Shown here one piece after another: positions 39,042 to 48,310 of a stretch of DNA of 64,000 bases; position 1 is the stretch's first letter; each line of letters starts with the position of its first letter. The translations under genes were made by a program, and so were the position numbers. This DNA comes from Dyadobacter sp. (GTDB taxonomy: Bacteria > Bacteroidota > Bacteroidia > Cytophagales > Spirosomataceae): assembly GCF_051859145.1 (NCBI RefSeq), contig NZ_JBHYGF010000001.1, positions 4,032-68,031 on the forward strand. The letters run 5' to 3'. The notes under the pieces are model-generated. The model worked only from the letters and a program-made list of their open reading frames with translations, was not told the DNA's origin and did not search any database.

Positions 39042-39074
39042 ATAGCCCGGAAAAAACTTTTTTCGGGCTATTTT
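39042..39074 (+). terminator. Intrinsic terminator of the mer/csoR transcript
   Basis: TAGCCCGGAAAAAA-C-TTTTTTCGGGCTA stem followed by TTTT. Confidence 0.65.
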
Positions 39075-39246
39075 CATCATCAGTTGATGAGAGTAAAACG
39101 GTCGTTAAAGTATACCTATAGAAGGGAACCGGAAATTTTCAATAAAACCCTTTGAAAGGCAAAATTTAAAAGAATCGGCTCTTCTTCGTAAGTATAAAAT
39201 ATTAGTATATTTAATTAATATACCGTTAAGACGTTTTATTAAACTT

Positions 39247-39849
39247 ATGATGATCGGCTATGCCCGGGTTTCGACCCAAGACCAGAACCTAGACCTCCAG
39301 CTCGATGCCCTCAAAAAAGCAGGTTGCGAAAAGATTTATCAGGAGCAGTTGAGTGCATCAATTGAAGAACGCCCCAAATTATCAGAAATGGTTTCCAACT
39401 TAAGAAAGGGGGATACTGTTGTCGTATGGAAACTTGACCGTTTGGCCAGATCCCTAAAACACTTGCTTACGTTGGTATCGGATTTCAAAATAGCAGGCAT
39501 AGGATTTCTTAGCCTTCAAGACCAGATCAATACCACTACAGCCCAAGGCCGTTTGATTTTTAATATGTTCGCTTCGCTTTCTGAATTTGAAAGAGAAATA
39601 ATCAAAGAACGGACGCTTGCCGGACTAGCGGCAGCACGGAACCGTGGAAGGGTCGGTGGCAGAAAGAAAGGCCTGACCAAAGAGGCAAAGGTAAAAGCAG
39701 CTGCCGTAAAGCATTTGTACCTCGATGAAAAAAAATCCATAAATGAAATTTGTGAGGCAGTAAGCATCAGCAGGGCCACGGTTTACCACTACCTTGATTA
39801 TTTAAACGTAGACCGGGCCGTCAGAAAGCCCAAGGCAAAACAAGAATAA
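39247..39849 (+). CDS. tnpR: Tn3-family resolvase of Tn-A
   Basis: GYARVST, VWKLDRLARS, GRVGGR, C-terminal HTH; directly upstream of tnpA. Confidence 0.93.
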   Translation: MMIGYARVSTQDQNLDLQLDALKKAGCEKIYQEQLSASIEERPKLSEMVSNLRKGDTVVVWKLDRLARSLKHLLTLVSDFKIAGIGFLSLQDQINTTTAQGRLIFNMFASLSEFEREIIKERTLAGLAAARNRGRVGGRKKGLTKEAKVKAAAVKHLYLDEKKSINEICEAVSISRATVYHYLDYLNVDRAVRKPKAKQE

Positions 39850-39864
39850 TTAATCAATGATCCT

Positions 39865-42806
39865 ATGGCCGGCCAGTTCCTTACACATACAGAAAGAGAA
39901 CGCTATGAGTACGTGCCTTCTTCCATTTCTCCGGAAGATCTGAACCGGTACTTTTATTTATCAGATAGCGATATTGCCTTAATCAAAGAACAGCGGGGAA
40001 ATGAACAAAGGCTGGGCTTCGCTTGTCAGCTCTGTCTGATCCGCTTTATGGGCTTCCTTATTGATGAGTGGGAAAAGAGTATACCTAAACTTGTTTTGGA
40101 ATGTTTGTCCGGACAACTTCAGGCCCTGCCATCAGACCTGAAAAACTATAGTGCCAGGCGTAACACCCGTGCAGATCACCTCCAATCTATATTAAAACAC
40201 CTCCATTTTTCAAGATTTGCGCCTGGCTTCTGGAACGTTCGCTGGAACATGATAAGCCGACCCTGCTTTTGGATCTGGCCTGCGAGAAGCTTATCCAAAA
40301 CCGGATATTGAGGCCTGCGATCGGAACCCTTGAAAGAATGGTGGTCTCGGTACGTGCCCAGGCATATACCGAAACTTACAGGAGGCTATCCTTAATTTTA
40401 AACAATGAACTTAAAATACGGCTAGATGCCTTGCTCATTGTTGAAGAGGGAAATACTTTTACCCGTTTTGGCTGGCTAAAAGAATCTCCTAGTTCCAATA
40501 CACCGTCTACCTTAAACAATGCGTTGACGAAATATCAGTACCTTATTGATATCGGTATAACAGAATGGGATTTAACGGTACTAAACCCCAATCGTAAAAA
40601 GTTTCTTTCCCAAAAAGCCCGCAGGTCTACCAATCAGGAAATCCAGCGGATGAACCCTGAAAAAAGGTATCCGATACTTATTGCATTTCTTGCCTAGAAC
40701 CTCATCGACGTTACAGATTCGGTTTTAGATATGTTTGAAGCCTATCTCAATGACGTTTTTCATAAATGCAGAAGGTCACTTGAAATCTATCAACAAGAGA
40801 CCGTGAACGCCAAAGACAATGCGATGGCTACCCTAAGCTTCGTAGCGACAATGGTTGCCGACGAAAAAATCCCTCCGGAACAAATCAGGACAAAAGTATT
40901 TAGCAATATCTCAAAAACCGAGCTGAACGAAGCAATCTCGGTTACCAAAGAAATTTTAAAACCTGCCAGGAACAATTTCCTGTCCTTTCTAGACAACCAC
41001 TTCAATCGGCTCCGGCAGTTCAGCGGCAATTTCCTTAAAACGCTGACTTTCTTTTCTGGAATCCAGGACGATAACTTCTTGTATGCTATTGAGATTGTAT
41101 TAGGGCTTCAGAACGGTTCCCGTAAGAAAATCCCTGATGACGCCCCCTTAGATTTCATAACCCCCACGTGGTCAAAATATGTTTTTAACGAGGAAGGAGA
41201 AGGAATCAAACAATCATACGAATGGTGCGTGCTTTTTAAGCTAAAAGACAAACTCAACTCGGGCGACATCTTTGTTGCCAATTCCCGCAGGTATGCTGAT
41301 CTTGATGGGTACCTGATCCCAAAAGAACAATGGAAAATCAAGAAAGAGGAGATCTGCAGCCAGCTTTATATTTCACCAGATGCGTTGACGCATATAAACG
41401 GTAAAATCAAAGAACTCGAAGATTTGCTGCCTTTGGTAAATGACCTGTTGGTCGGAACCGATGAAGTACGCCTGGAAGATGGGATATTGGTAGTCCCCCG
41501 GTTGCAGGCACAGGAACTTCCGGATTCCGTATATGAACTTGAAAACGCTATTTCTTCCCGTTTGCCACTTGTAGACCTTCCAGAGATTTTGATGGAAGTC
41601 AATTCATGGACAAATTTTACAAATCACCTTACTTCGATACATGATGGAAAGTGTCCGGAAACTGGTCAGATCCACCGTGTTTATGCCTCGCTTTTAAGCA
41701 ATGCCTGTAACATACCTTGGGTGGATATGGCCCGGAGTGCCAACATCGAATACTATGATCTGTTATGGTCGATCCGAAGTTATCATAGAGAAGACACGTT
41801 AAAGCTTGCCAATAACCATTTAGTGAACTATCACCACAAACAATGGCTTTCTAATCTTTGGGGAGGCGGTACCCTTTCTTCTTCAGATGGACAGCGTTTC
41901 CCGGTAAGCGGTAAAATAAGAAATGCAAAAGCCCAACTGAAATATTTTGGGTATGGCAAGGGGGTCACGTTTTATACGCACACCGCTGACCAATACTCCC
42001 AGTTCGGAAGTAAAGTTATCGCCTCGACTGAAAGAGATGCTATGTATGTACTGGATGAAATCCTAAATAATGAAACTGAACTAAATATTTTGGAGCATAC
42101 TACAGATACATCCGGCTATACAGACTTGGTATTTGGGTTGTTCGATTTATTGGGAATGCAGTTTTCACCCAGGCTAAGGGATATCAAAGATCAAAAACTT
42201 TCTAAGATCAAAGGCAAGGATTTCGAATATCCCTCCTTGAAATTTACCGGTGTCATAAATCCAGATTATATCGCAGGCAGATGGGACGACTTATTGAGAT
42301 TGGCCGGTTCGATGAAATCGGGATATGTTACCTCTTCATTGTTTATTGGCAAGCTGCAGTCTTATCCAAGGCAAAACAATTTAACGTATGTCCTGCAGGA
42401 ATACGGCAGGCTTATTAAAACTATTTTCATTCTGAAATATCTGTTAAGCCAGACGTTGAGGCGAAAAATCAACACGCAACTGAATAAAGGCGAAGCACTT
42501 CATTCTCTCCGGAATTTCCTCTGGTTTGGAGGGGACGGCAAAATTAGGAAGAAACAAGAAGAACAACAGCAAGAACAGGCGTTATGCTTGAATGTAGCAA
42601 CCAATAGTGTTATACTTTGGAATACAATTTACATGCAGGAGGTCTTGAATGAATTACGGAAAGAAGGGTATATTGTAAACCAAGATGATATCGTTCATTT
42701 GTCCCCAGCAAGGTTCTCTCATATCAACAGGCTAGGAAAATACTTCTTTGATTTTGATGAAAATGGGTTGAATGGGAACTTAAGGCAATTAAGGGTAAAT
42801 GCTTAG
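39865..42806 (+). pseudogene. tnpA: Tn3-family transposase pseudogene
   Basis: Three ORF pieces colinear with the intact TnpA at 51468: frameshift or small deletion near 40215 and in-frame TAG at 40695-40697; SSSDGQRF and HTTDTSGY DDE motifs retained. Confidence 0.92.
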
Positions 42807-42839
42807 CGATACATTTCGTCCAAATACTATTGGAACCCC
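42802..42839 (-). repeat. Tn-A right inverted repeat
   Basis: Reverse complement GGGGTTCCAATAGTATTTGGACGAAATGTATCGCTAAG. Confidence 0.95.
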
Positions 42840-42872
42840 ATAAATGATCGTTTGAAGATTTAAGTCAACCAT
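42840..42872 (-). pseudogene. 5' part (11 codons) of the gene split by Tn-A
   Basis: ATG GTT GAC TTA AAT CTT CAA ACG ATC ATT TAT, starting 13 nt after the upstream gene stop. Confidence 0.75.
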
Positions 42873-42885
42873 TATTTATTGTTTT

Positions 42886-44043
42886 CTAATCAACCACCTT
42901 CCGGATCAGGGCGTATTCATCAGCCGCTAAAATATCCAACTTTCCGTCTGTGGACATTACGATCTGGTCTCGAAATTTTTTAACCCGCGAAAGCATGGGC
43001 TCGATGATCGTGTTGCTGTGACTGACAAAATCATAAAGGTCCTGATGGCTTGCTGGTAGCTTATAACCACGTGAACTGCTGGCAACGAGCACGCCGGCAT
43101 CGCGCAAAGGCGCTATCACTTTTGTCTGAAAGTAATGCAAGGAAACATTTTTTCCCCTTCTGGCCCCCACATGTTCCATCAGCTCGAAACTGGTAATATA
43201 CCTGGTGGGGTTGATGTGCCGGAAATGAAACAGCAAATAGCCCAGACAACTTACCTGGTCGATGCTTTGCAGTGCACGGTCAGAAGACTTCCGCTGTAGA
43301 AAACTGTTTGCCAGTTTTACACTCAGTTCCGCGAGCAGTGGATCATAGGCGGGGCCGGGCACTGGCGGGTTTGCCAGGTTGTGCTCAAAAGCATCTGGCC
43401 AGAACTTAATGGTTAACAGTTTTCTTTTAAGAACTTCTATGAACTCTGTTCGCTGATCAGTGATAACCGTTTCATCATAACACCTGGCAAGGCTACCTGC
43501 GATAAACCCTGCCGTTTGTACCAGTAAGCTATCCTGCAGCTGGGTAAAACCAAAAGCGGATTCATTAAAAAGGTTTGGGATGTGGCTCTGCTGAACATAA
43601 CCAATGAACCCTTTCAAAAAGCTTTCGTCAGCGGGCTGACTCGTGATCATTTCCAGGTCCGGGTAGATATTGAAAAGTTCGCGGTCGACCAGGCCATACA
43701 TGAATTTAAAAAGCGAACCTTTAAACCTGAGACCCTGGCCGCTTAACTGGCGCTTATCCAGGATCAAAGCAAATATCCTGAAATCAATTTCGTCAAGATC
43801 TTCCAATATCGCTTTCCGTCTGTTGTGATCGTTTCCGACCGCGTCAGAATCTATGCGGCCACCATTGAAATGGCGTTGGCTGACTGCATCCAGAATTGTT
43901 TGTAACTCTGGTGCACCCGGGTTTGCCGGGATAATTGCCGATACAATAAAATGAGTAGTAGCAGGTAATCCAGAAGGTGTCTTTTTAGAAAAATCCAGTG
44001 TGTTGTTTCCCCACTCGCTCAGATATGCGGTCTGTTGTTGCAT
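42886..44043 (-). CDS. DUF3800-like (RNase H-like) protein with probable C-terminal winged helix
   Basis: AYLSEWGNN..THFIVSAII and S..VQTAGFIAGSL resemble the DUF3800 YxDESG and xQxADxxAG motifs; C-terminal SSRGYKLP. Confidence 0.6.
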   Translation of the reverse strand: MQQQTAYLSEWGNNTLDFSKKTPSGLPATTHFIVSAIIPANPGAPELQTILDAVSQRHFNGGRIDSDAVGNDHNRRKAILEDLDEIDFRIFALILDKRQLSGQGLRFKGSLFKFMYGLVDRELFNIYPDLEMITSQPADESFLKGFIGYVQQSHIPNLFNESAFGFTQLQDSLLVQTAGFIAGSLARCYDETVITDQRTEFIEVLKRKLLTIKFWPDAFEHNLANPPVPGPAYDPLLAELSVKLANSFLQRKSSDRALQSIDQVSCLGYLLFHFRHINPTRYITSFELMEHVGARRGKNVSLHYFQTKVIAPLRDAGVLVASSSRGYKLPASHQDLYDFVSHSNTIIEPMLSRVKKFRDQIVMSTDGKLDILAADEYALIRKVVD

Positions 44044-44108
44044 GATACTCTATTGCAGTGACTTGGTCACCTTCTTGAATTCGCTTACCACCAAATACAT
44101 TTTCCTGA

Positions 44109-44585
44109 TCAATTACCAGTTTCTAACTCCGTTCTTGGCTTGCGGCCCCGTGGCTTACCGGTATATGGTGCTTTTGCAACGATCGTCTCAGGTGATATCG
44201 CCAAAGCGTAACCTGCTTTACCTTCATGGTCGAAGATCGAGGCAGTAAACGTATATTTGGTAGCGTTGTAATCAATGCCTCCTTTGGAAAGTATGAGCTC
44301 TAATGGAAGGGAATACCCGCGCCCGGTCCGGACAATAGAGAAAGCATTTTCCTGATCTGTGGGGATCAAATAAAGATTTTTGATCTTACGTTTCCCCTGA
44401 TCAGTCCCAACCTGAAATTTTGTACTATCGGGCTCAATCCCGAGTTCTTCAATCGAAGCTGCTGGGAATATGATTTTGCCTGCGTTGGAAATGTAGCCAG
44501 TCGGCAGCGCCTTTGCTTTGACTTTCTCTTTTGTTTTTGGCTGGTTTTCTTCTGGTAAGAAAAACCGGATGTCTTTTGATGCCAT
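44109..44585 (-). CDS. Hypothetical basic protein with AT-hook-like tail
   Basis: ATG at 44585 (MASKDIRFF); ends KPRGRKPR. Confidence 0.65.
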   Translation of the reverse strand: MASKDIRFFLPEENQPKTKEKVKAKALPTGYISNAGKIIFPAASIEELGIEPDSTKFQVGTDQGKRKIKNLYLIPTDQENAFSIVRTGRGYSLPLELILSKGGIDYNATKYTFTASIFDHEGKAGYALAISPETIVAKAPYTGKPRGRKPRTELETGN

Positions 44586-44722
44586 CTTGATTTGTATTTG
44601 TGAAATTTGACTTGCAATATATACCAATGTAAAATGTTTTCTTGCATATGCGTGAATGACACCATTTACTGAGGTGCCAACCTGCAACCAGTCTTACCTA
44701 CGCATAAGCTAAATTTTTATTG

Positions 44723-44749
44723 GAATAAGTGACACGATGTCACTTATTC
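44723..44749. repeat. Perfect inverted repeat, 12-bp arms with 3-bp spacer
   Basis: GAATAAGTGACA-CGA-TGTCACTTATTC. Confidence 0.85.
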
Positions 44750-45198
44750 GGTTGCCGTAAATCATACATGTAAATGGGAGTTAGAACTATAAGCTTTTTG
44801 AGTGTCACCTTCACTATCTCTGTCTGATCACACTGATCAACTAAGTAAGACTTCATCTGGTGGGAAGGTCTCGAACGAAATCCGTAGTGATTTGTTCGTA
44901 GCGGCTAACTTACAACTCAGATAACGTAACGTATACTATACGTCTACTTGTTAATCCACGGCACATTTATAACCAAGTACTACAATATATTGTAATGTTT
45001 GATTATTTTCATATTTTTAGCACTGTCCTGGTTGACAATCCGGCGTTGATAAACTCTTAAATTAATTTATCATAGATGTATTAGAAGATCGTAATTCTAT
45101 TGCTGGGTAGTAAGATGTTTAAGATTTATGAAGCCAGAGTAGGCAATATCTTTATTTAAAAAATATAAATTTGCATTTATAACATCTATAACTATCCT

Positions 45199-45630
45199 AT
45201 GAGAAAATACTTTTTAATGTTGTCGGCTTCCATTTTATTTCTTTCATGTTCTGATGATTCTGAAACTGTTACGCCTGAACTTGGCTCTATATTTAAAGTT
45301 GAATACATTCAGTCTGGAAGTTATGAAGACTATAAAAAAGAGATTGGGTTTAGCCAGCCCTTGTTTTATGAAGGTACAGCAGTTGAAACCGGTCCTATTT
45401 TAAGTGAAGCTGCGTTAATCAACGGAAAGTATGTGTTTGTGTCATCTAAAAAATTAGAACTGTTAAAAGTTACATTTAATACTGAACCCAAAGAAGACTC
45501 AGGTGAAATGGCAGAGTTTGTTATTAATGTTTATAAAGACGGTAAACGAATTGATAACAAATCTTTTAAAGTAGCAGGGAGCGGAGTTATGAATCATTCA
45601 TGGGAGTACAAAGGAGGTTTGATGCTATAG
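45199..45630 (+). CDS. Putative lipoprotein
   Basis: MRKYFLMLSASILFLSC lipobox followed by acidic SDD. Confidence 0.75.
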   Translation: MRKYFLMLSASILFLSCSDDSETVTPELGSIFKVEYIQSGSYEDYKKEIGFSQPLFYEGTAVETGPILSEAALINGKYVFVSSKKLELLKVTFNTEPKEDSGEMAEFVINVYKDGKRIDNKSFKVAGSGVMNHSWEYKGGLML

Positions 45631-45661
45631 TAAAATTCATCATAATTAATTAGGTTTTGAT

Positions 45662-45799
45662 ATGAGAGACTGGAATGAAATAATACAAAATGCAATCTTA
45701 ATAGCGATGGGATCTGCTGTTTTAGGTTTTATTGCTATGCTCATGAGAGATATTGTTCTTTCTTTTTTTAAGCGTTCTGCTAAAAAGGATCTAAAATGA
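45662..45799 (+). CDS. Small single-TM protein (missed by the ORF track)
   Basis: MRDWNEIIQNAILIAMGSAVLGFIAMLMRDIVLSFFKRSAKKDLK; ATGA overlap with the next gene. Confidence 0.5.
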   Translation: MRDWNEIIQNAILIAMGSAVLGFIAMLMRDIVLSFFKRSAKKDLK

Positions 45800-46203
45800 G
45801 TAACATAGACGAACTGGACTTAAATAAGCTTATTGCGAGTCTTCCTGAGGAAGAACAGAAAAAGATTAAAATTAAGCTTTTAAGGTCGCTTAGGGAATTC
45901 TACGCAAGTTTAGAAACTGAAAGTCCTACTGTCGAGAATAACGAATTACAAATTGAGGATATAGCTGTAAAAGCTCAAAAGGATCTTTCAGAGGTGCTTA
46001 AAGGTATTCGAGAGGATTTTGGTTGGACGGTATATGCGGCTTCTAAAAAGGCAAAAATTCGCCCTGAACAGGTTAGCTCGATAGAAGGTGATCCGAAGGT
46101 AAATAATAATTATACGTCCAAATTTCTGTTCAGATACTTAGCTGCTTTGGGTGTTCAGCTGACGGTAACAGATGTGTCTACAAAAAATGTCGATAGTATA
46201 TAA
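45796..46203 (+). CDS. HTH (XRE-like) DNA-binding protein
   Basis: LKGIREDFGWTVYAASKKAKIRPEQVSSIEG...LFRYLAALG. Confidence 0.7.
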   Translation: MSNIDELDLNKLIASLPEEEQKKIKIKLLRSLREFYASLETESPTVENNELQIEDIAVKAQKDLSEVLKGIREDFGWTVYAASKKAKIRPEQVSSIEGDPKVNNNYTSKFLFRYLAALGVQLTVTDVSTKNVDSI

Positions 46204-46262
46204 AAATATATATACATATATAGAAAAATGTATATCTTTAAGGGTTTTTTAGAATTATACTC

Positions 46263-46535
46263 ATGAAGGATATCACAAAAGTTTCACATTTGATAAGTCA
46301 CGGGAAGATCAATAATCTCAATGATCTTTACGAGCAGGTATCAAAAGCTGATATCGCGCGGGCTTTAAATCAAAATCCCACAAGCTTTACTAATTACAAG
46401 TCTAATAATCCTGAGTCTTTTAAACTTAGCGAGTTTATAGCCTTGTCTAAATTCTTAAATGTTAGCCTTGAATCTATTACCACGATTTTTGCAAACTCGA
46501 TTGATACCTATTCACAACTATCTGATAAGCAATGA
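46263..46535 (+). CDS. HTH (XRE-like) protein coupled to the putative rep gene
   Basis: SKADIARALNQNPTSFTN..PESFKLSEFIALSKFLNVS; ATGA overlap with 46532. Confidence 0.7.
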   Translation: MKDITKVSHLISHGKINNLNDLYEQVSKADIARALNQNPTSFTNYKSNNPESFKLSEFIALSKFLNVSLESITTIFANSIDTYSQLSDKQ

Positions 46536-47671
46536 ACGAACAATCTTTAGCTTTGACGCTGCCTCTTACTGATACTCGTGTCATAAGTAGAATCGACAGA
46601 GCAATAGCGGATAACCTTGATGCGCTTAAAAAGACCTACGGAAGGGATCATGAAATCGCCAGGGACTTTATCATATTTATTAGTACTAGTCTGAAAACTG
46701 ATATATTTGGATTCACAAGATTCACGATGTCAGACTTCATTAAAGTTGTCGGTCGAGATAGACGTGAGCTATCTTCAAAGCATTCTTATCTTACTGATAA
46801 GAGTGCGGAAATTATTGAATACAAAGGCCACCAGTTCATTTCTGTATTTGATTACGTATTGCACCTCTTACAGAGTCGAAATCTCATCTTTTCCAAAGCA
46901 TATTCCTACCTTAACCAAGGTAGGACAGTTGAAATGGAAGGTATCCAAATTATTAAACAATTAAAGATCACAACGGATACTAAAAATGGTAATAGCAAGG
47001 TCTATGATATCAGATTAAGTGAAGACTTTTTAAATGGATTTATAAGTAGATACTACACCTTCGAGGTAACGGGATATCCAAAAGTTGGAAAAGGGAAGGG
47101 GGGAGATGGCCGGAAGACATTGTACCTCATGCTATCCAAGGCAATGCATCAAAATATCAGTGATAGGGTAAAATATTCATGGTATTCTGTGGATTTTCTT
47201 TGTAAGATCTGCGATGTTCATTTTTCGGAACCTGCTGAACGTAAGCGCCTAATCACAAAGTATCTCAATAATTTGATTGAAAAGGGAGGATTGAAGATTG
47301 CCTATGAATTTGTGATAAAACACGGAAGTGATGATAAGCATATACGTGGGTTTTGGATTAAAGTGGACTTTATGCCAGAAGGTGTAGTCCAATTAAGAGA
47401 AACCAAGGCCGATCATCATTTTCATAGCATACTGTCCGCTGACTTAAAAACAGAATTCTCAAACCTTTATGGGAAAAGAGTCTTGAATTTCAACGAGGAC
47501 GAATCAGATCCTTTCCAAAGATGGGTAACAAATCCTCGTGCTGATTGGGCCATAAAAAGAAGTGTATTCATGAATTGTTATTTATTAGCTTATAAAAAGC
47601 ATATTTCCATTTGGGATGCTGACTTAAAAATGTCAAATACTTCAATTAAGGCTCATAGCATCTTAAATTAA
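46532..47671 (+). CDS. Putative plasmid replication initiator (family not recognised)
   Basis: 379 aa, basic and aromatic; assigned by context because it is immediately followed by iteron-like repeats, a DnaA box and an AT-rich tract. Confidence 0.6.
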   Translation: MNEQSLALTLPLTDTRVISRIDRAIADNLDALKKTYGRDHEIARDFIIFISTSLKTDIFGFTRFTMSDFIKVVGRDRRELSSKHSYLTDKSAEIIEYKGHQFISVFDYVLHLLQSRNLIFSKAYSYLNQGRTVEMEGIQIIKQLKITTDTKNGNSKVYDIRLSEDFLNGFISRYYTFEVTGYPKVGKGKGGDGRKTLYLMLSKAMHQNISDRVKYSWYSVDFLCKICDVHFSEPAERKRLITKYLNNLIEKGGLKIAYEFVIKHGSDDKHIRGFWIKVDFMPEGVVQLRETKADHHFHSILSADLKTEFSNLYGKRVLNFNEDESDPFQRWVTNPRADWAIKRSVFMNCYLLAYKKHISIWDADLKMSNTSIKAHSILN

Positions 47672-47690
47672 GTGCATCGTCATTCTTAGT

Positions 47691-47724
47691 AGGGAGATGT
47701 AACTAGTTTACACCTCCCTTTTTG
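47691..47724 (+). terminator. Intrinsic terminator after the putative rep gene
   Basis: AGGGAGATGTAA-CTAGT-TTACACCTCCCT followed by TTTT. Confidence 0.7.
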
Positions 47725-47785
47725 TTTAAAATGCCTTTACTCCTGGACTGAGGTCTGCATTCGCCTGAAATCGCGCTTTCGCCTT

Positions 47786-48071
47786 GGTTGTCGGGTATAC
47801 TACATGTAAGTGCTTATTTTTCGAAGTTATCCACAAAAAAGTGAAAATCGGTTGTCAGAAATACTACATGTAGAGTAAGTAGGTTGTCGGGAATGCTACG
47901 TGTAATCAATTTTGGCTGTCGAGAATACTACATGTAAATTTTGCCGGCTGTCGAGAATGCTACATGTAAGGTAAAATCGAAGATCCGTTGTCGAGAATAC
48001 TACATGTAAGAAACCTCAATTTATTGCGTTTCCAGCGAACTGAGAGGGGGGGGTGTCCAGAATACTACACC
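47786..48071 (+). repeat. Iteron-like array of 24-bp direct repeats (consensus GGTTGTCGRGAATACTACATGTAA)
   Basis: Copies start at 47786, 47850, 47882, 47914, 47946, 47986 and (partial) 48051; spacings 64, 32, 32, 32, 40, 65. Confidence 0.9.
47827..47835 (+). promoter_or_regulatory. DnaA box
   Basis: Exact TTATCCACA between repeats 1 and 2. Confidence 0.75.
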
Positions 48072-48310
48072 AATATTATATACCATTATAAAAATTATAA
48101 AAAGAAAGAAGAAAAGCGGTATTCGCTTTCGCTCATGATTTAATTATTTGAACAAATGGGAAAAAGAAATGTGAAACTTTTTGAACTAATAACATAGTTA
48201 GTTGATTTTTTTTCAGCAGCAAGACTTACCAAAGGAATATATTTTTTAAAAAGACTAAAATACACTAATACAATATATTGTATATTACATTTTATTGTAT
48301 TATATTTAAT
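48072..48310. other. AT-rich tract, putative DNA unwinding element
   Basis: Long A/T runs immediately after the repeat array. Confidence 0.5.

Larger units (their letters stand above)
34383..42839 (+). mobile_element. Tn3-family mercury-resistance transposon (Tn-A), transposase inactivated
   Basis: 38-bp terminal IRs starting GGGG, 5-bp target duplication ATAAA (34378-34382 and 42840-42844), resolvase plus tnpA remnant. Confidence 0.95.

Noticed and set aside
47786-48071. 24-bp repeat array as a CRISPR array
   Set aside because: Spacers are mostly 8 bp, repeats are degenerate and dispersed, there are no cas genes, and a DnaA box is embedded; an iteron reading fits better
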